NCBI GenBank assembly: GCA_964525235.1
Contig: CAZGDN010000006.1
Location: forward strand, 1-33,147
Direction: 5' to 3'
DNA length: 33,147 bases
From: an uncultured archaeon
GTDB lineage: Archaea > Iainarchaeota > Iainarchaeia > Iainarchaeales > DTGL01
Part shown: positions 15,848 to 24,530 of the stretch, piece by piece
How positions within the stretch are numbered: position 1 is the first letter of the stretch
How the letters are laid out: every line of letters begins with the position of its first letter
Made by a program: the position numbers and the translations under genes
Notes under the pieces: model-generated
Databases searched by the model: none
What the model was told of the DNA's origin: nothing
The model's input: the letters and a program-made list of their open reading frames with translations, nothing else

Positions 15848-16391
15848 AGGGCTGGACAACGCAAGTGATTTAGTTAATATAAAAGGATGAATATAAAAGC
15901 CTTTTATTTCCTGCGCTTTAAGGCAGGAAAAACAGCAAAAAAAGTGCAAAAAAATACACCCACAAAACGCGCTCACCACAAAAAAAAGACAAAAAAAGGA
16001 AGTATACATAACTGTTGCTATGAATGACCCCAACACAAAGGGAATGAAAAGAGCAAAAAAAGGAAAAATTAAGTGTTAAAAGAAATAAAAGCAGGTAAAA
16101 TAAGCTAAATATGGATAAAAGGAGAAAATAACCCTTAAAGAACAAAAAAAAGCCCAAAAAAGCCTTAAAAAATAATGTTTTCACAAAAACACAAAAAAAA
16201 TTAACAATACTGAAAAAAATAACCCATAATAGTTCGAAATACTAAAAAAAATTGTATACATAATATGGTTTTTTCTTAACAAATTGGTCTAGGGCAAACG
16301 CAGTGTTAATCTTACTTTGTTTTTTTAACAAAACCAATATAAAGGATTTTACCCGATATATTAATTGTATTCGTGTTTTTGTTTAAAATGG
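15848..16391. other. 544-bp A-rich, gene-free spacer with phased A-tracts between tRNA-Asn and ftsZ
   Basis: Plus-strand A-runs of 6 to 8 nt occur at 15937, 15948, 15980, 15991, 16045, 16144, 16156, 16167, 16193, 16213 and 16244. Several pairs are spaced about 11 bp apart. The only ORFs here are F/L-rich translations of the poly-T strand. Confidence 0.6.
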
Positions 16392-16401
16392 GGTGATTTT
16401 T

Positions 16402-17478
16402 TTGAAGAGTATTATTGAAAACGCGATTGAAAAGCCCAGGCCTAGTGAGGACAGGCTGGAGGAATTTGGAACACCAAAGATTATGGTTATTGGAGCTGGA
16501 GGCGCTGGGTCTAATGCAGTGAACAGGATTGCCGGCATGGGAATCTCCGGAGCCCAACTCGTGGCCGTGAACACAGACAAGCAACACCTTTCGCTCATAA
16601 ACGACGAGTTAACAAAAATATTGATTGGAAAGAGCGTCACACGTGGCCTTGGTGCCGGCGGCTACCCTGAAATTGGAGCAAAGGCTGCCGAGGTTTCAAG
16701 GTCTGCGTTGGAAGAAGTGCTCAGCGGTGTTGACATGCTTTTCCTCAGCGCTGGAATGGGTGGCGGCACCGGCACTGGTTCTGCTCCAATCATTGCAGAA
16801 ATTGCAAAAGAGCAAGGAGCTATTGTTATCGGTATTGTGACCTACCCTTTCGCACTTGAAAAAGCAAGGCTTTCAAAGGCAGAGGATGGAATTGAGCGCT
16901 TGCAGCAGGTAACCGACACAGTTGTTGTAATTGACAACAACAGGCTTGTTGAACTTGTCCCGAACCTGCCGATTCAGGACGCTTTCAGGGTTGCCGATGA
17001 GGTAATAGCGAGAACAGTCCGCGGAATAACTGAAACAATTACCCAGCCCTCACTAATCAACCTGGATTACGCGGATGTGCGCGCTGTAATGAGCAACCAG
17101 GGCCTCAGCGTGATTGCTGTTGGCGAGAGCAAGAGCGTTGACAAGGTCAACGAGGTAGTTGAAGACACTCTCAAGAATGCTTTATTGGATGTCGACATAA
17201 CCGGGGCAACAGGCGCTTTGATTCACATCACTGGCGGGCCAGAGCTGACCCTTGGAGAAGCCAATAGCGTGGGTGAAATGTTGACAGAGCACATTGACCC
17301 AAAAGCCCAGGTTATCTGGGGTGCCCGCGTGGACCCAACCTTTGAGAATAAGATGGAAGTAATCACCATCTTCACAGGTGTTTCCTCGCCTTACATCAAG
17401 GGACCAGCGTCCCAGGCAGGCAATAAGGGAATCCGTTCCCAGGGTTCAAGGGATCTTGGATTGGATTTTGTCAGGTGA
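16402..17478 (+). CDS. ftsZ: Cell division GTPase FtsZ
   Basis: It has the tubulin signature [10 protein letters not shown] and the motifs [12 protein letters not shown] and NTD. No in-frame ATG is available. TTG 16402 (MKSIIENAI) follows the GGTGAT SD at 16392..16397, and the alternative is GTG 16393. Confidence 0.9.
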   Translation: MKSIIENAIEKPRPSEDRLEEFGTPKIMVIGAGGAGSNAVNRIAGMGISGAQLVAVNTDKQHLSLINDELTKILIGKSVTRGLGAGGYPEIGAKAAEVSRSALEEVLSGVDMLFLSAGMGGGTGTGSAPIIAEIAKEQGAIVIGIVTYPFALEKARLSKAEDGIERLQQVTDTVVVIDNNRLVELVPNLPIQDAFRVADEVIARTVRGITETITQPSLINLDYADVRAVMSNQGLSVIAVGESKSVDKVNEVVEDTLKNALLDVDITGATGALIHITGGPELTLGEANSVGEMLTEHIDPKAQVIWGARVDPTFENKMEVITIFTGVSSPYIKGPASQAGNKGIRSQGSRDLGLDFVR

Positions 17479-17512
17479 TTGAATCCAGTCACCCCATTTT
17501 TTTTATTTTTTT
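17474..17512 (+). terminator. Hairpin plus long T-runs after ftsZ
   Basis: The stem GGTGA..TCACC lies at 17474..17493. It is followed by T8 (17497..17504) and T7 (17506..17512). Confidence 0.5.
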
Positions 17513-17557
17513 ATCTGTTCCAGCTACTGCTTTTAACCTGTGTGAACCCAGCCAAAA

Positions 17558-19015
17558 CTAGAGAAGCATTGGAAAGGCATTCACCAGCACAAGTATCAGC
17601 ACAACCAGGAAGAAGAACCTTTTCACCAGCTGTTCTCTTTTTTTCTTGGATTTAACAAAGCGGCGCAGGTAGTATGGGTAAAGTATGCTTGCGATTTGCC
17701 CGCCGTCGAGAATGGCAAGGGGCAAAAAATTTGAGAGTGCGAGCAGGAATGAAATCAGGAAAGCCCATTTGAAGGTGTCCCAGAGAATCAAAGCCGGCAT
17801 GAAATCCATTGTTGGCGGCGTGAACCCTTTCTTGAAAACATCTTTTGCTTCAAAGCCAAACCTGCCGGTTTCCTGGTGTGGCATGATGCGAATGGTTCGC
17901 TTCACTCCATTCTGTTCCACGACAAACTCTGATTCAGCGAATGGCCTGAGAGAAATGGCTTCGGGGACATCGCTGCTCGACCTAATCTTTCGACCGTTTA
18001 TTGCCAATAGTGTCATGCCTGGCTCGAGCTTGCCATAAGCTGGAGCTGGGGGGTTTCCGCAGAACCCAAGGGTCTTGCTGACGGCACTCACCTGCACAAA
18101 TGCAATGCCTTTGACATACTCCTCCTGGTATGACTGAATGGCTGGAGAAACAAAGAAATTGCCTAATAGCAACATTATTGCATAGAGTGGAAGCATTGAA
18201 ACAAGGTTGGATGCTGGCCCTGCAGCGTAGATTCTAAGCTTGGCTTTATCTGATGCCCTTTCAAGTTCATTGGGGTCTGGTTCGGCAAATGCCCCCACTG
18301 GGATAAAGCCAAGCAGCAGCAAGCCAGATGACTTTAGCTTGATTTTTTCACCGATTGCTCTGAGGCCATGGCTTGTTTCATGGACTACCATTGCCAGCAG
18401 CAAGCCAATCCAGCCGTAGATTGGAATAAAAACTGGCAGTTGTGGTGTTTGGATGCCTGGAATTATAGGCCCAACCTGGGGGCACGCGGTGCCACCAGCC
18501 AGCAGCTTTGAAACAATGTTATAGCTTGTTATGCTTAACAAGCCCAGTAAGAGTCCTGAGAAGCCAAAAACTGAGAAGGCAAGAGACAAATGAAAGCCAT
18601 ATGGTCTTATCATGGGTGCAATCACTATTAGTTTGAAAAAGGAAAAGTTGAATGCAAGGAATAAGCCTGTAAGGGTTGAAAGCATGATGACCACGCGCTG
18701 CCATGGCTTTCTTTTTCTGCCGTAAATGAAGTCGCTTGCGAATACCCCAAAGCCAAGGATTAATCCAATGTCAGACATTGCTCTTGTGAGCCATGCGAAT
18801 TTTTTTCCTTTTTTGATAAACTCGGTGAAGCGCTTGCTTAAGAGCAGTGAGAAAACCCCAAGGTAAGGGCGAGCTTTGCCATACTTTCTAATAAAGAGCG
18901 TGAAGAGAGCCATTGCCAAGACAAAAAGCGCGACAAGCATGGCTTCGTGCAGGAAAGGAATAGAATTCACTGCGGGGATAATTTCGTTCATAAACACACT
19001 CTCTAAAAAAGCCAT
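17558..19015 (-). CDS. Site-2 protease family (M50) membrane metalloprotease with PDZ-like insert
   Basis: It has the HExxH motif (HETSHG) within a TM helix, a C-terminal NFLPLAILDGG motif and multiple TM segments. Its start lies 9 nt downstream of the mbf1 stop. Confidence 0.85.
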   Translation of the reverse strand: MAFLESVFMNEIIPAVNSIPFLHEAMLVALFVLAMALFTLFIRKYGKARPYLGVFSLLLSKRFTEFIKKGKKFAWLTRAMSDIGLILGFGVFASDFIYGRKRKPWQRVVIMLSTLTGLFLAFNFSFFKLIVIAPMIRPYGFHLSLAFSVFGFSGLLLGLLSITSYNIVSKLLAGGTACPQVGPIIPGIQTPQLPVFIPIYGWIGLLLAMVVHETSHGLRAIGEKIKLKSSGLLLLGFIPVGAFAEPDPNELERASDKAKLRIYAAGPASNLVSMLPLYAIMLLLGNFFVSPAIQSYQEEYVKGIAFVQVSAVSKTLGFCGNPPAPAYGKLEPGMTLLAINGRKIRSSSDVPEAISLRPFAESEFVVEQNGVKRTIRIMPHQETGRFGFEAKDVFKKGFTPPTMDFMPALILWDTFKWAFLISFLLALSNFLPLAILDGGQIASILYPYYLRRFVKSKKKREQLVKRFFFLVVLILVLVNAFPMLL

Positions 19016-19024
19016 TAAAGGCGC

Positions 19025-19411
19025 TTATTCCTCTTCCATGCCGGTAAGCTTTATGCCAAGCGCTTCCTCGAGCTTTCTGATTGTCCTGTCGTCAGGCACA
19101 TAGTTTCCAGCCTCGATTCTGTGAATGACTGACTCCTTTTCAAATATTTTCCTTGCAAGCTCTTCTCTTTTCCAGCCCTTTCTCTCTCTGGCTATCCTGA
19201 TTCTTTCACTGAAATCGGAAACCGGTTCACTGCCAGTTTCAAGGCCATGGTTTGGTTTGTAGAAGAATGTGCTCTTTTTTTCTGCGGAGAGCGGTTTTTT
19301 TCTAACCCTTGTGCCCAAGGCAGCACAGCGCGGGCAGGCAAGAACCCTTGCGCCCTCAAGGCTTATTTCAATGAGTTTTTTGGATTCAGAACCACAGATT
19401 TCGCATTGCAT
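19025..19411 (-). CDS. mbf1: Archaeal multiprotein bridging factor 1 (Zn-ribbon plus HTH)
   Basis: It has an N-terminal CEICG..CPRC zinc ribbon and a C-terminal cro/C1-type HTH (IRIARERKGWKREELARKI). An AATTAATAAAAAC TATA-like box lies 25 to 37 nt upstream on the minus strand. Confidence 0.85.
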   Translation of the reverse strand: MQCEICGSESKKLIEISLEGARVLACPRCAALGTRVRKKPLSAEKKSTFFYKPNHGLETGSEPVSDFSERIRIARERKGWKREELARKIFEKESVIHRIEAGNYVPDDRTIRKLEEALGIKLTGMEEE

Positions 19412-19512
19412 GAAAAAAGTAAGGCTTAACAGTTTTTATTAATTGGCATTCCATGAAGAAAGTTAATGAAAGAAAAGAGTTATTTTACAGGCAGAGCCGG
19501 GAAAGCACGGGC

Positions 19513-19612
19513 GCTTGACGTTTATTGGCACATTTATAAACTATTAGCACCGACAGAGACACGAGCTGCAGGAAATGCTTGGCGTTTATCATTTATTGAC
19601 ATATTTATAAAC
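19513..19612 (+). promoter_or_regulatory. Two tandem copies of a strong-promoter-like box (CTTGRCGTTTAT..TTGRCAYATTTATAAAC)
   Basis: TTTATAAAC occurs at 19533..19541 and 19604..19612, a 71-bp period, with similar upstream context in both copies. The same (C/T)ATTTATAAAC box sits in front of the small-ORF/rpl41e operon at 29057..29065. No CDS lies downstream of either copy here. Confidence 0.45.
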
Positions 19613-20016
19613 CTGCTTGTTCCAGGCAGGGGAGAGGAATTAGGGGGAAAGCGAAACGCTTCCCCAGTGCTAAGAGAGTTGGTTGGACTTAGCAAAAAAA
19701 TTGGGATAGGCTCACCAAGCTAAATCCATATCAGAGAAAGCAAAAAACTTCCTCACCTAATAATAGCATACAACCTTATATTTAAACCTTTTGATTTTTC
19801 GTCTATGAACGAAAAAGGTCCTTATTCATAACAGGCCATAACCTGCTCAAAAAACCAGCACAAAAAAAACCACTAAAACAAAATATACATAACTGGTTTT
19901 TCTTTTTTTTCCAGCATAGAGTGTTTTACAGCCATTTTTCTGGCTGATGCCTTCGCTTTTCATTGCGCTGGTAATGTTTTTATTGATTTAATTGTTTCAT
20001 TAATCTGGTGTTCTTG

Positions 20017-21042
20017 GTGGGCGTTGACCTGGGCGGCATTGTTGAAAAGAAGCCAATCGAGCTTGAATTCCTCAGCGGGCGGAAAATTGGCATTGACTCA
20101 TTTAATGTGTTATACCAGTTTCTTTCAAGCATTCGTGGCATGGATGGCACTCCCCTGATGGACTCAAATGGCAGGATTACTTCTCACCTGACCGGCCTGC
20201 TTTACAGGACTGCTAGCATTGTTGAGAGGGGCATCAAGCCTGTTTTTGTTTTTGACGGCAAGCCAAGCAGGCTCAAGGAAAAAACCCGCGAGGAAAGGAA
20301 CAGAATCCGCACTGAAGCTGAAAAAAAGTACGAGAAAGCCAGGAGCGAGGGAAAAATTTCAGAGATGAACAAGTATGCAAAGCAGGCAATAAGACTCTCA
20401 AAGGAAATGATTGAGGAATCAAAAGAACTCGTGCGTCTCATGGGCTTTCCAGTGGTTGAAGCGCCAGGGGAGGGAGAGGCCCAGCTTGCAGTCATGTGCG
20501 CTTCCAACGCCATTTATGCAAGCGCTAGCCAGGACTTTGACGCCCTGCTGTTCGGCTCGCCGCGCTTGGTTAGGAACATGACAATTACCGGAAAGAGAAA
20601 GGTTCCAGGGAAAGACATCTACATTGATATAAAACCGGAATTGATTGAGTTAGAGGAAACATTGAGGAAACTTGGGCTGACCAGGAAAAAGCTTGTTTGG
20701 ATCGCGATGCTCATTGGAACCGACTTCAACGAAAAAATCCCCGGAATTGGCCCCAAGAAAGCGCTTTTGCTTGTGCAAAAACATGACTCCTTTGAAGAAA
20801 TAATCAGAGAAACAAAACAGGAGCCCAAGTTTGACTTCCACGAAATAGAAAAACTGTTTTTGAACCCAAGGGCAAAAACCCAGTTCCCGGTCAGGTTCGC
20901 TCTCCCGGACAACGAGGGAATAAAAAGATTCCTTTGCGACGAGCATTCTTTCTCAGAGGAAAGGGTTGAAAAGGCTATCGAGAGAATAAAGGTTAAGATG
21001 GAGGAAAAAGGCGAGCAGTCACGCCTGGACGCCTGGGGCTGA
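20017..21042 (+). CDS. fen: Flap endonuclease 1 (FEN1)
   Basis: The N-terminus reads MGVDLGGIV..IELE.L.G.KIGIDSFNVLYQFLS when started at GTG 20017. It has XPG-N and XPG-I acidic motifs and a C-terminal PIP-like SRLDAWG. No ATG start is available, and the track start is GTG 20008. Confidence 0.9.
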   Translation: MGVDLGGIVEKKPIELEFLSGRKIGIDSFNVLYQFLSSIRGMDGTPLMDSNGRITSHLTGLLYRTASIVERGIKPVFVFDGKPSRLKEKTREERNRIRTEAEKKYEKARSEGKISEMNKYAKQAIRLSKEMIEESKELVRLMGFPVVEAPGEGEAQLAVMCASNAIYASASQDFDALLFGSPRLVRNMTITGKRKVPGKDIYIDIKPELIELEETLRKLGLTRKKLVWIAMLIGTDFNEKIPGIGPKKALLLVQKHDSFEEIIRETKQEPKFDFHEIEKLFLNPRAKTQFPVRFALPDNEGIKRFLCDEHSFSEERVEKAIERIKVKMEEKGEQSRLDAWG

Positions 21043-21071
21043 ATGAAAACCCCCTGAAAAATTGACACAGG

Positions 21072-22655
21072 ATGGTTTTAATGAACGAAACATGGGCTGA
21101 TGAAGTAGCAGAAAAGGTGCTTGAAACAAAGCGAAAAGAGTACGTGTGCGAGGGCATGTACACCCCAAGCGGCCACTTTCACATAGGGAACGCACGCTCT
21201 GAGTTATTCACACCATACGCTGTCTACCGCGCCTTAAAGGAGCGCGGTGTTAAAACAAGGCAGGTTTTTGTGCTCGATGACTTTGATGCTGTTAGGAAGA
21301 TTCCATCAGACATCAAATTAAGCGAGGAAGAGAAGGCAAGATTCATGGGCATTCCTATTTACCTTGCACCAAGCCCAATCAAAGGCTATGAGACGTGGAA
21401 AGAGGCATTTACTGACGGTCTTGAAGAGGCAATCAAGGCATTTGGTTTAAACCCTGAAATAGTCTCTGCTTACGAAACATACAAGTCCGGGAAGTTCAAC
21501 GAACTCATCAGGGAATCCCTGGACAAGGCACCGCAGATTGTTAAAGTCTGGAACAGGGTGTCAGGCTCTGACAAGCCCGCTGACTTCCTGCCGATTCAGA
21601 TGGTGTGCGATAAGTGCGGCAAGAGCCTTTACACCAAGGCATTGAGCTGGGATGGAAAGGAAGTAGAGTACGAGTGCCACTGCGGCTATCACGGCAAGAA
21701 AAAGCCGTTTGATGGGAATGCAAAGCTTCACTGGCGCGTGCACTGGTGCGCGCACTGGATTCTCCGCGACATCGCATACGAGTCAGGTGGAAAAGACCAC
21801 TTTTCAAAAGGCGGTTCGGTGGATGTGGGGCACGCAATGATGAGGGAAGTGTTCAGCAAAGACCCGCCGTACCAGACGCCAACAGAGTTCATCCTTGTCG
21901 GCGGAACAAAGATGTCTGGCTCTGTTGGAAACGTTGTCAACCTGCAAAACTGGCTTGATGTTTCAAGCCCTGAGACCTTCCGTTACCTCAATTTTTCTTA
22001 CAGGCCAAACAAGCAAATAAACTTTTCATTCAGGGACAACTCTTTTATCCTGCTCGTGGAAAGCTTTGAGAGAGCAGAGAGAATTTACTACGGAAAAGAA
22101 AAAGCCCAAAACGAAAAGTTAACGGAGAAAATAAAGAGAAACTTCCGGTTTTCAAAACTCTCCGACCCGCCTGAGGAGATGCCGGAAAGGATATCCTACC
22201 AGTTTGCGGCATTCCTCTCCCAGTTGTTTGAGCCGGAGAAGGACTTCCGGCAAATTGAAAAAATCCTCATTGATTCAGGGCACACTAAAAGAGCATTTAA
22301 CGAGAGCGAGAAAGAGGAAGCCATCGCAAAGCTCAAGCGTGCAAGGCACTGGGTTGAAAACTTTGCCCCTGAGAAATATATTGTGAAGTTTTCAGAAGAA
22401 GAGGTCAAGGAAATAAAACCAGAAACTGCCGCACTGCTAAAAGCGTTTGCTGAGAAGATTCAGAAACTGAGAACAGCAGACGAGATACAGAACACCTTTT
22501 ATAGCACTGCAAAGGATGCAGGCGTCAAGCCAAAGGAATTGTTCCAGGCAGCCTATCTTGCACTGATTGGGAAAAAACACGGCCCGAAGATTGGCACGCT
22601 TATCCTGGCACTGGGAAAAGAAAAAGTAGCGAAGAGATTCAAGGAAATAAAATGA
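21072..22655 (+). CDS. lysK: Class I lysyl-tRNA synthetase
   Basis: It has a HIGH-type motif (GHFHIGN), a KMSKS-type motif (KMSGS) and the archaeal class I LysRS length. Confidence 0.9.
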   Translation: MVLMNETWADEVAEKVLETKRKEYVCEGMYTPSGHFHIGNARSELFTPYAVYRALKERGVKTRQVFVLDDFDAVRKIPSDIKLSEEEKARFMGIPIYLAPSPIKGYETWKEAFTDGLEEAIKAFGLNPEIVSAYETYKSGKFNELIRESLDKAPQIVKVWNRVSGSDKPADFLPIQMVCDKCGKSLYTKALSWDGKEVEYECHCGYHGKKKPFDGNAKLHWRVHWCAHWILRDIAYESGGKDHFSKGGSVDVGHAMMREVFSKDPPYQTPTEFILVGGTKMSGSVGNVVNLQNWLDVSSPETFRYLNFSYRPNKQINFSFRDNSFILLVESFERAERIYYGKEKAQNEKLTEKIKRNFRFSKLSDPPEEMPERISYQFAAFLSQLFEPEKDFRQIEKILIDSGHTKRAFNESEKEEAIAKLKRARHWVENFAPEKYIVKFSEEEVKEIKPETAALLKAFAEKIQKLRTADEIQNTFYSTAKDAGVKPKELFQAAYLALIGKKHGPKIGTLILALGKEKVAKRFKEIK

Positions 22656-22700
22656 GCCTCTAAAGCTCCCAGCAACAAACGCCTGAGGAATAAGACAGGC

Positions 22701-23345
22701 TCATTTCAGGGGAACAAACACAAAGTAACCATCATGTGGAAAGCTCTCTCTTGTGTTTCCAGCAGTGTCCCTTTCAACGAGCTTCATTTCCTGCGTGTAC
22801 CTCGAGCCAACCGGGGCAACAAGCCTTCCCCCCAAGGCAAGCTGTTCAATGAGTGCCTGCGGCACTTCACTGCTCGCTGCTGACACGAGAATACGGTCAA
22901 ACAGCGCTTGCTCTTTCCAGCCGAGCTTTCCATCCCCGTTTTTCAGTGCAACATTTTTATAGCCGGCACTGGCCAGATTCCTCGAAGCCAGTGCAACAAG
23001 TTCCGGAATAAGCTCGACCCCGAAAACATTTCCCTTTGCCCCAACCAGCTCCGATAAAAGCGCCATCACGTAACCGCAGCCAGAGCCAACCTCCAAAACA
23101 CCCATGCCCTTTTTCACTTCAAGCAATTCCAGCATTACTGCAATGGTGCTCGGCTGTGAAATCGTTTGACCAAAGCCAATCGGGAAAGCAGAGTCAACGT
23201 AAGCAAACTGCCTGTTTTCCTCGCTGAAAAAGATCTCGCGCTTCACGTTCAGGAATGCATGCTCAACAGCCCTGGTCTTTACTGTGCCTGACTGCTTCAT
23301 TCTTAAAACAAGCATTTTTCTCTGTTCCTCGAACGAGAATGGCAT
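22701..23345 (-). CDS. pcm: Protein-L-isoaspartate O-methyltransferase
   Basis: It has ISQPS and the SAM-binding LEVGSGCGY motif. Its ATG directly abuts the stop of the upstream UbiA-family gene. Confidence 0.85.
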   Translation of the reverse strand: MPFSFEEQRKMLVLRMKQSGTVKTRAVEHAFLNVKREIFFSEENRQFAYVDSAFPIGFGQTISQPSTIAVMLELLEVKKGMGVLEVGSGCGYVMALLSELVGAKGNVFGVELIPELVALASRNLASAGYKNVALKNGDGKLGWKEQALFDRILVSAASSEVPQALIEQLALGGRLVAPVGSRYTQEMKLVERDTAGNTRESFPHDGYFVFVPLK

Positions 23346-24164
23346 TCAAAGAACACCTGCCACGAATGCAATCATTGCAGTGACCATGGCGAGCTTTGTC
23401 AGGGCCTGGTTCCTGCTAGGTCCTGAAAACATTGAGGCAATGAAAACCAGGTCAGCACAAGTCACGACAAGGGCATAGTAGACCGAGAGAATGCCAAGGC
23501 TCCAAGGCAGGAAACTGAGCAAAACAGCCGCAAGAATGAAGAGGTTTCCTAGCAAGCGGGATTTCTTTTCGCCAAGCAGGATTGGCAGCGTTTTTGCTCT
23601 GGCTTTTTTATCCCCCTCAATGTCTTCAAGGTCACCGTGTATTTCTCTCCCGGTATTGGCGAGAAATGCGAGGAGTGCAAGCCATGGAACTGCTCCAAGA
23701 GACTGCGCTGCAAACGCCCCATACAAAAAGCTCGATGCCGGAAACCAGGAGTCTGTAAAGTTTCCAAGCAGTGCAATGCGCTTGAACTTCCAGGCGTACA
23801 AGACTTCGAGGAGCGTGTTCAGCAACGCCAGGCTAAGGCATATTGTGTTTATTATTGCTGCTAGGCTGATTGCAGCTGCAAACAGTGCGATTGAGTAGTA
23901 CAACGCAGTTCTCTTTTTTATTCTTCCAGAGGGAAGTGGCCTGTTAGGGGCGTTCACTTTGTCCATTTCAAGGTCAAAGTAGTCGTTCAAGACAATGCCG
24001 GCACTCGAAAAGAAAAAAACAGAAGCCATTGCAAGCAGGAGAGGAATGCTAAAAAAAAACCCGGTTAAGCCAACAGCAAAGCCAACAAGCACGGCAAAAG
24101 CAGCCATTAGACCATCAACTGGTCTCAATAGCTCAAGGTATGGAGAGATGCTCATTTTAATCAA
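23346..24164 (-). CDS. UbiA-family prenyltransferase, likely digeranylgeranylglyceryl phosphate synthase
   Basis: It has two Asp-rich motifs, NDYFDLEMD and DLEDIEGDKKA. It is about 270 aa with about 8 TM helices, which fits archaeal DGGGPS. The specific substrate is inferred. Confidence 0.7.
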   Translation of the reverse strand: MIKMSISPYLELLRPVDGLMAAFAVLVGFAVGLTGFFFSIPLLLAMASVFFFSSAGIVLNDYFDLEMDKVNAPNRPLPSGRIKKRTALYYSIALFAAAISLAAIINTICLSLALLNTLLEVLYAWKFKRIALLGNFTDSWFPASSFLYGAFAAQSLGAVPWLALLAFLANTGREIHGDLEDIEGDKKARAKTLPILLGEKKSRLLGNLFILAAVLLSFLPWSLGILSVYYALVVTCADLVFIASMFSGPSRNQALTKLAMVTAMIAFVAGVL

Positions 24165-24186
24165 GAGAATTGGATTGCAAGTTTTT

Positions 24187-24348
24187 TTAAGCCTTCTTTG
24201 GCTTCTTTTTGAGCCTCAGCCTAGTGGAACCGCATTTTCTGCATCTCCGGGGCTTTTTGCCCGGGCTACCGCGGTTTCTTGCATTGCACTTCATGCAAAC
24301 CCAAACATTGCTGAAAAGCCTTTCTGCTGCTTCTGGAGCTAATGGCAT
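24187..24348 (-). CDS. rpl40e: Ribosomal protein eL40 (L40e)
   Basis: This 53-aa ORF is below the track cutoff: MPLAPEAAERLFSNVWVCMKCNARNRGSPGKKPRRCRKCGSTRLRLKKKPKKA. It has a CxxC..CxxC zinc ribbon and a basic tail. A GGTGA SD lies 7 nt upstream. Confidence 0.85.
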   Translation of the reverse strand: MPLAPEAAERLFSNVWVCMKCNARNRGSPGKKPRRCRKCGSTRLRLKKKPKKA

Positions 24349-24461
24349 TTTTTTCACCAAAAGGAGTATTATCAGGTTAATATACTGAAACGTGCGGGGT
24401 TAGGTTTAAAAAGTAATTTATAAAACCGAAAAACTAGAAAAGGCTGACAACAAAAAAACAG

Positions 24462-24493
24462 TTTTAAAAGGGCCAAACCCCCTCCTTTTAAAA
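24462..24493. promoter_or_regulatory. Palindromic pair of TATA-like boxes upstream of tRNA-Glu
   Basis: TTTTAAAAGG (24462..24471) and CCTTTTAAAA (24484..24493) form a perfect 10-bp inverted repeat with a 12-nt spacer. The right arm lies about 40 nt upstream of the tRNA-Glu 5' end. Confidence 0.4.
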
Positions 24494-24530
24494 AAGGCAA
24501 TGAAGAAATAATTAGTATCAGTTCCTCACT

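Noticed and set aside
15713-16184. Two minus-strand ORFs (107 aa and 88 aa) that look like F/L-rich membrane proteins
   Set aside because: One overlaps tRNA-Asn. Both are translations of the poly-T complement of the A-tract spacer, which automatically yields Phe/Leu-rich pseudo-hydrophobic peptides.
15848-16391. Replication origin in the A-rich spacer
   Set aside because: I could not find ORB or mini-ORB-like inverted repeats, and there is no cdc6/orc1 gene in the window. I keep it only as a curved-DNA observation.
19466-19723. 85-aa plus-strand ORF in the mbf1-fen1 spacer
   Set aside because: It has no SD and is made up largely of the duplicated promoter-like boxes and hairpins. Its composition is unconvincing, so I treat it as noncoding pending conservation data.
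19844-19963. 39-aa minus-strand ORF with an apparent C-terminal TM tail
   Set aside because: The hydrophobic tail is the translation of a poly-A/T tract, and there is no SD or promoter context.
19412-20016. RNase P RNA, SRP RNA or C/D-box sRNA in the large spacer
   Set aside because: I could not find the conserved GAGGAAAGUCC (P4), SRP helix-8-type motifs, or RUGAUGA/CUGA box pairs by eye. The region is reported only as an unclassified ncRNA candidate.
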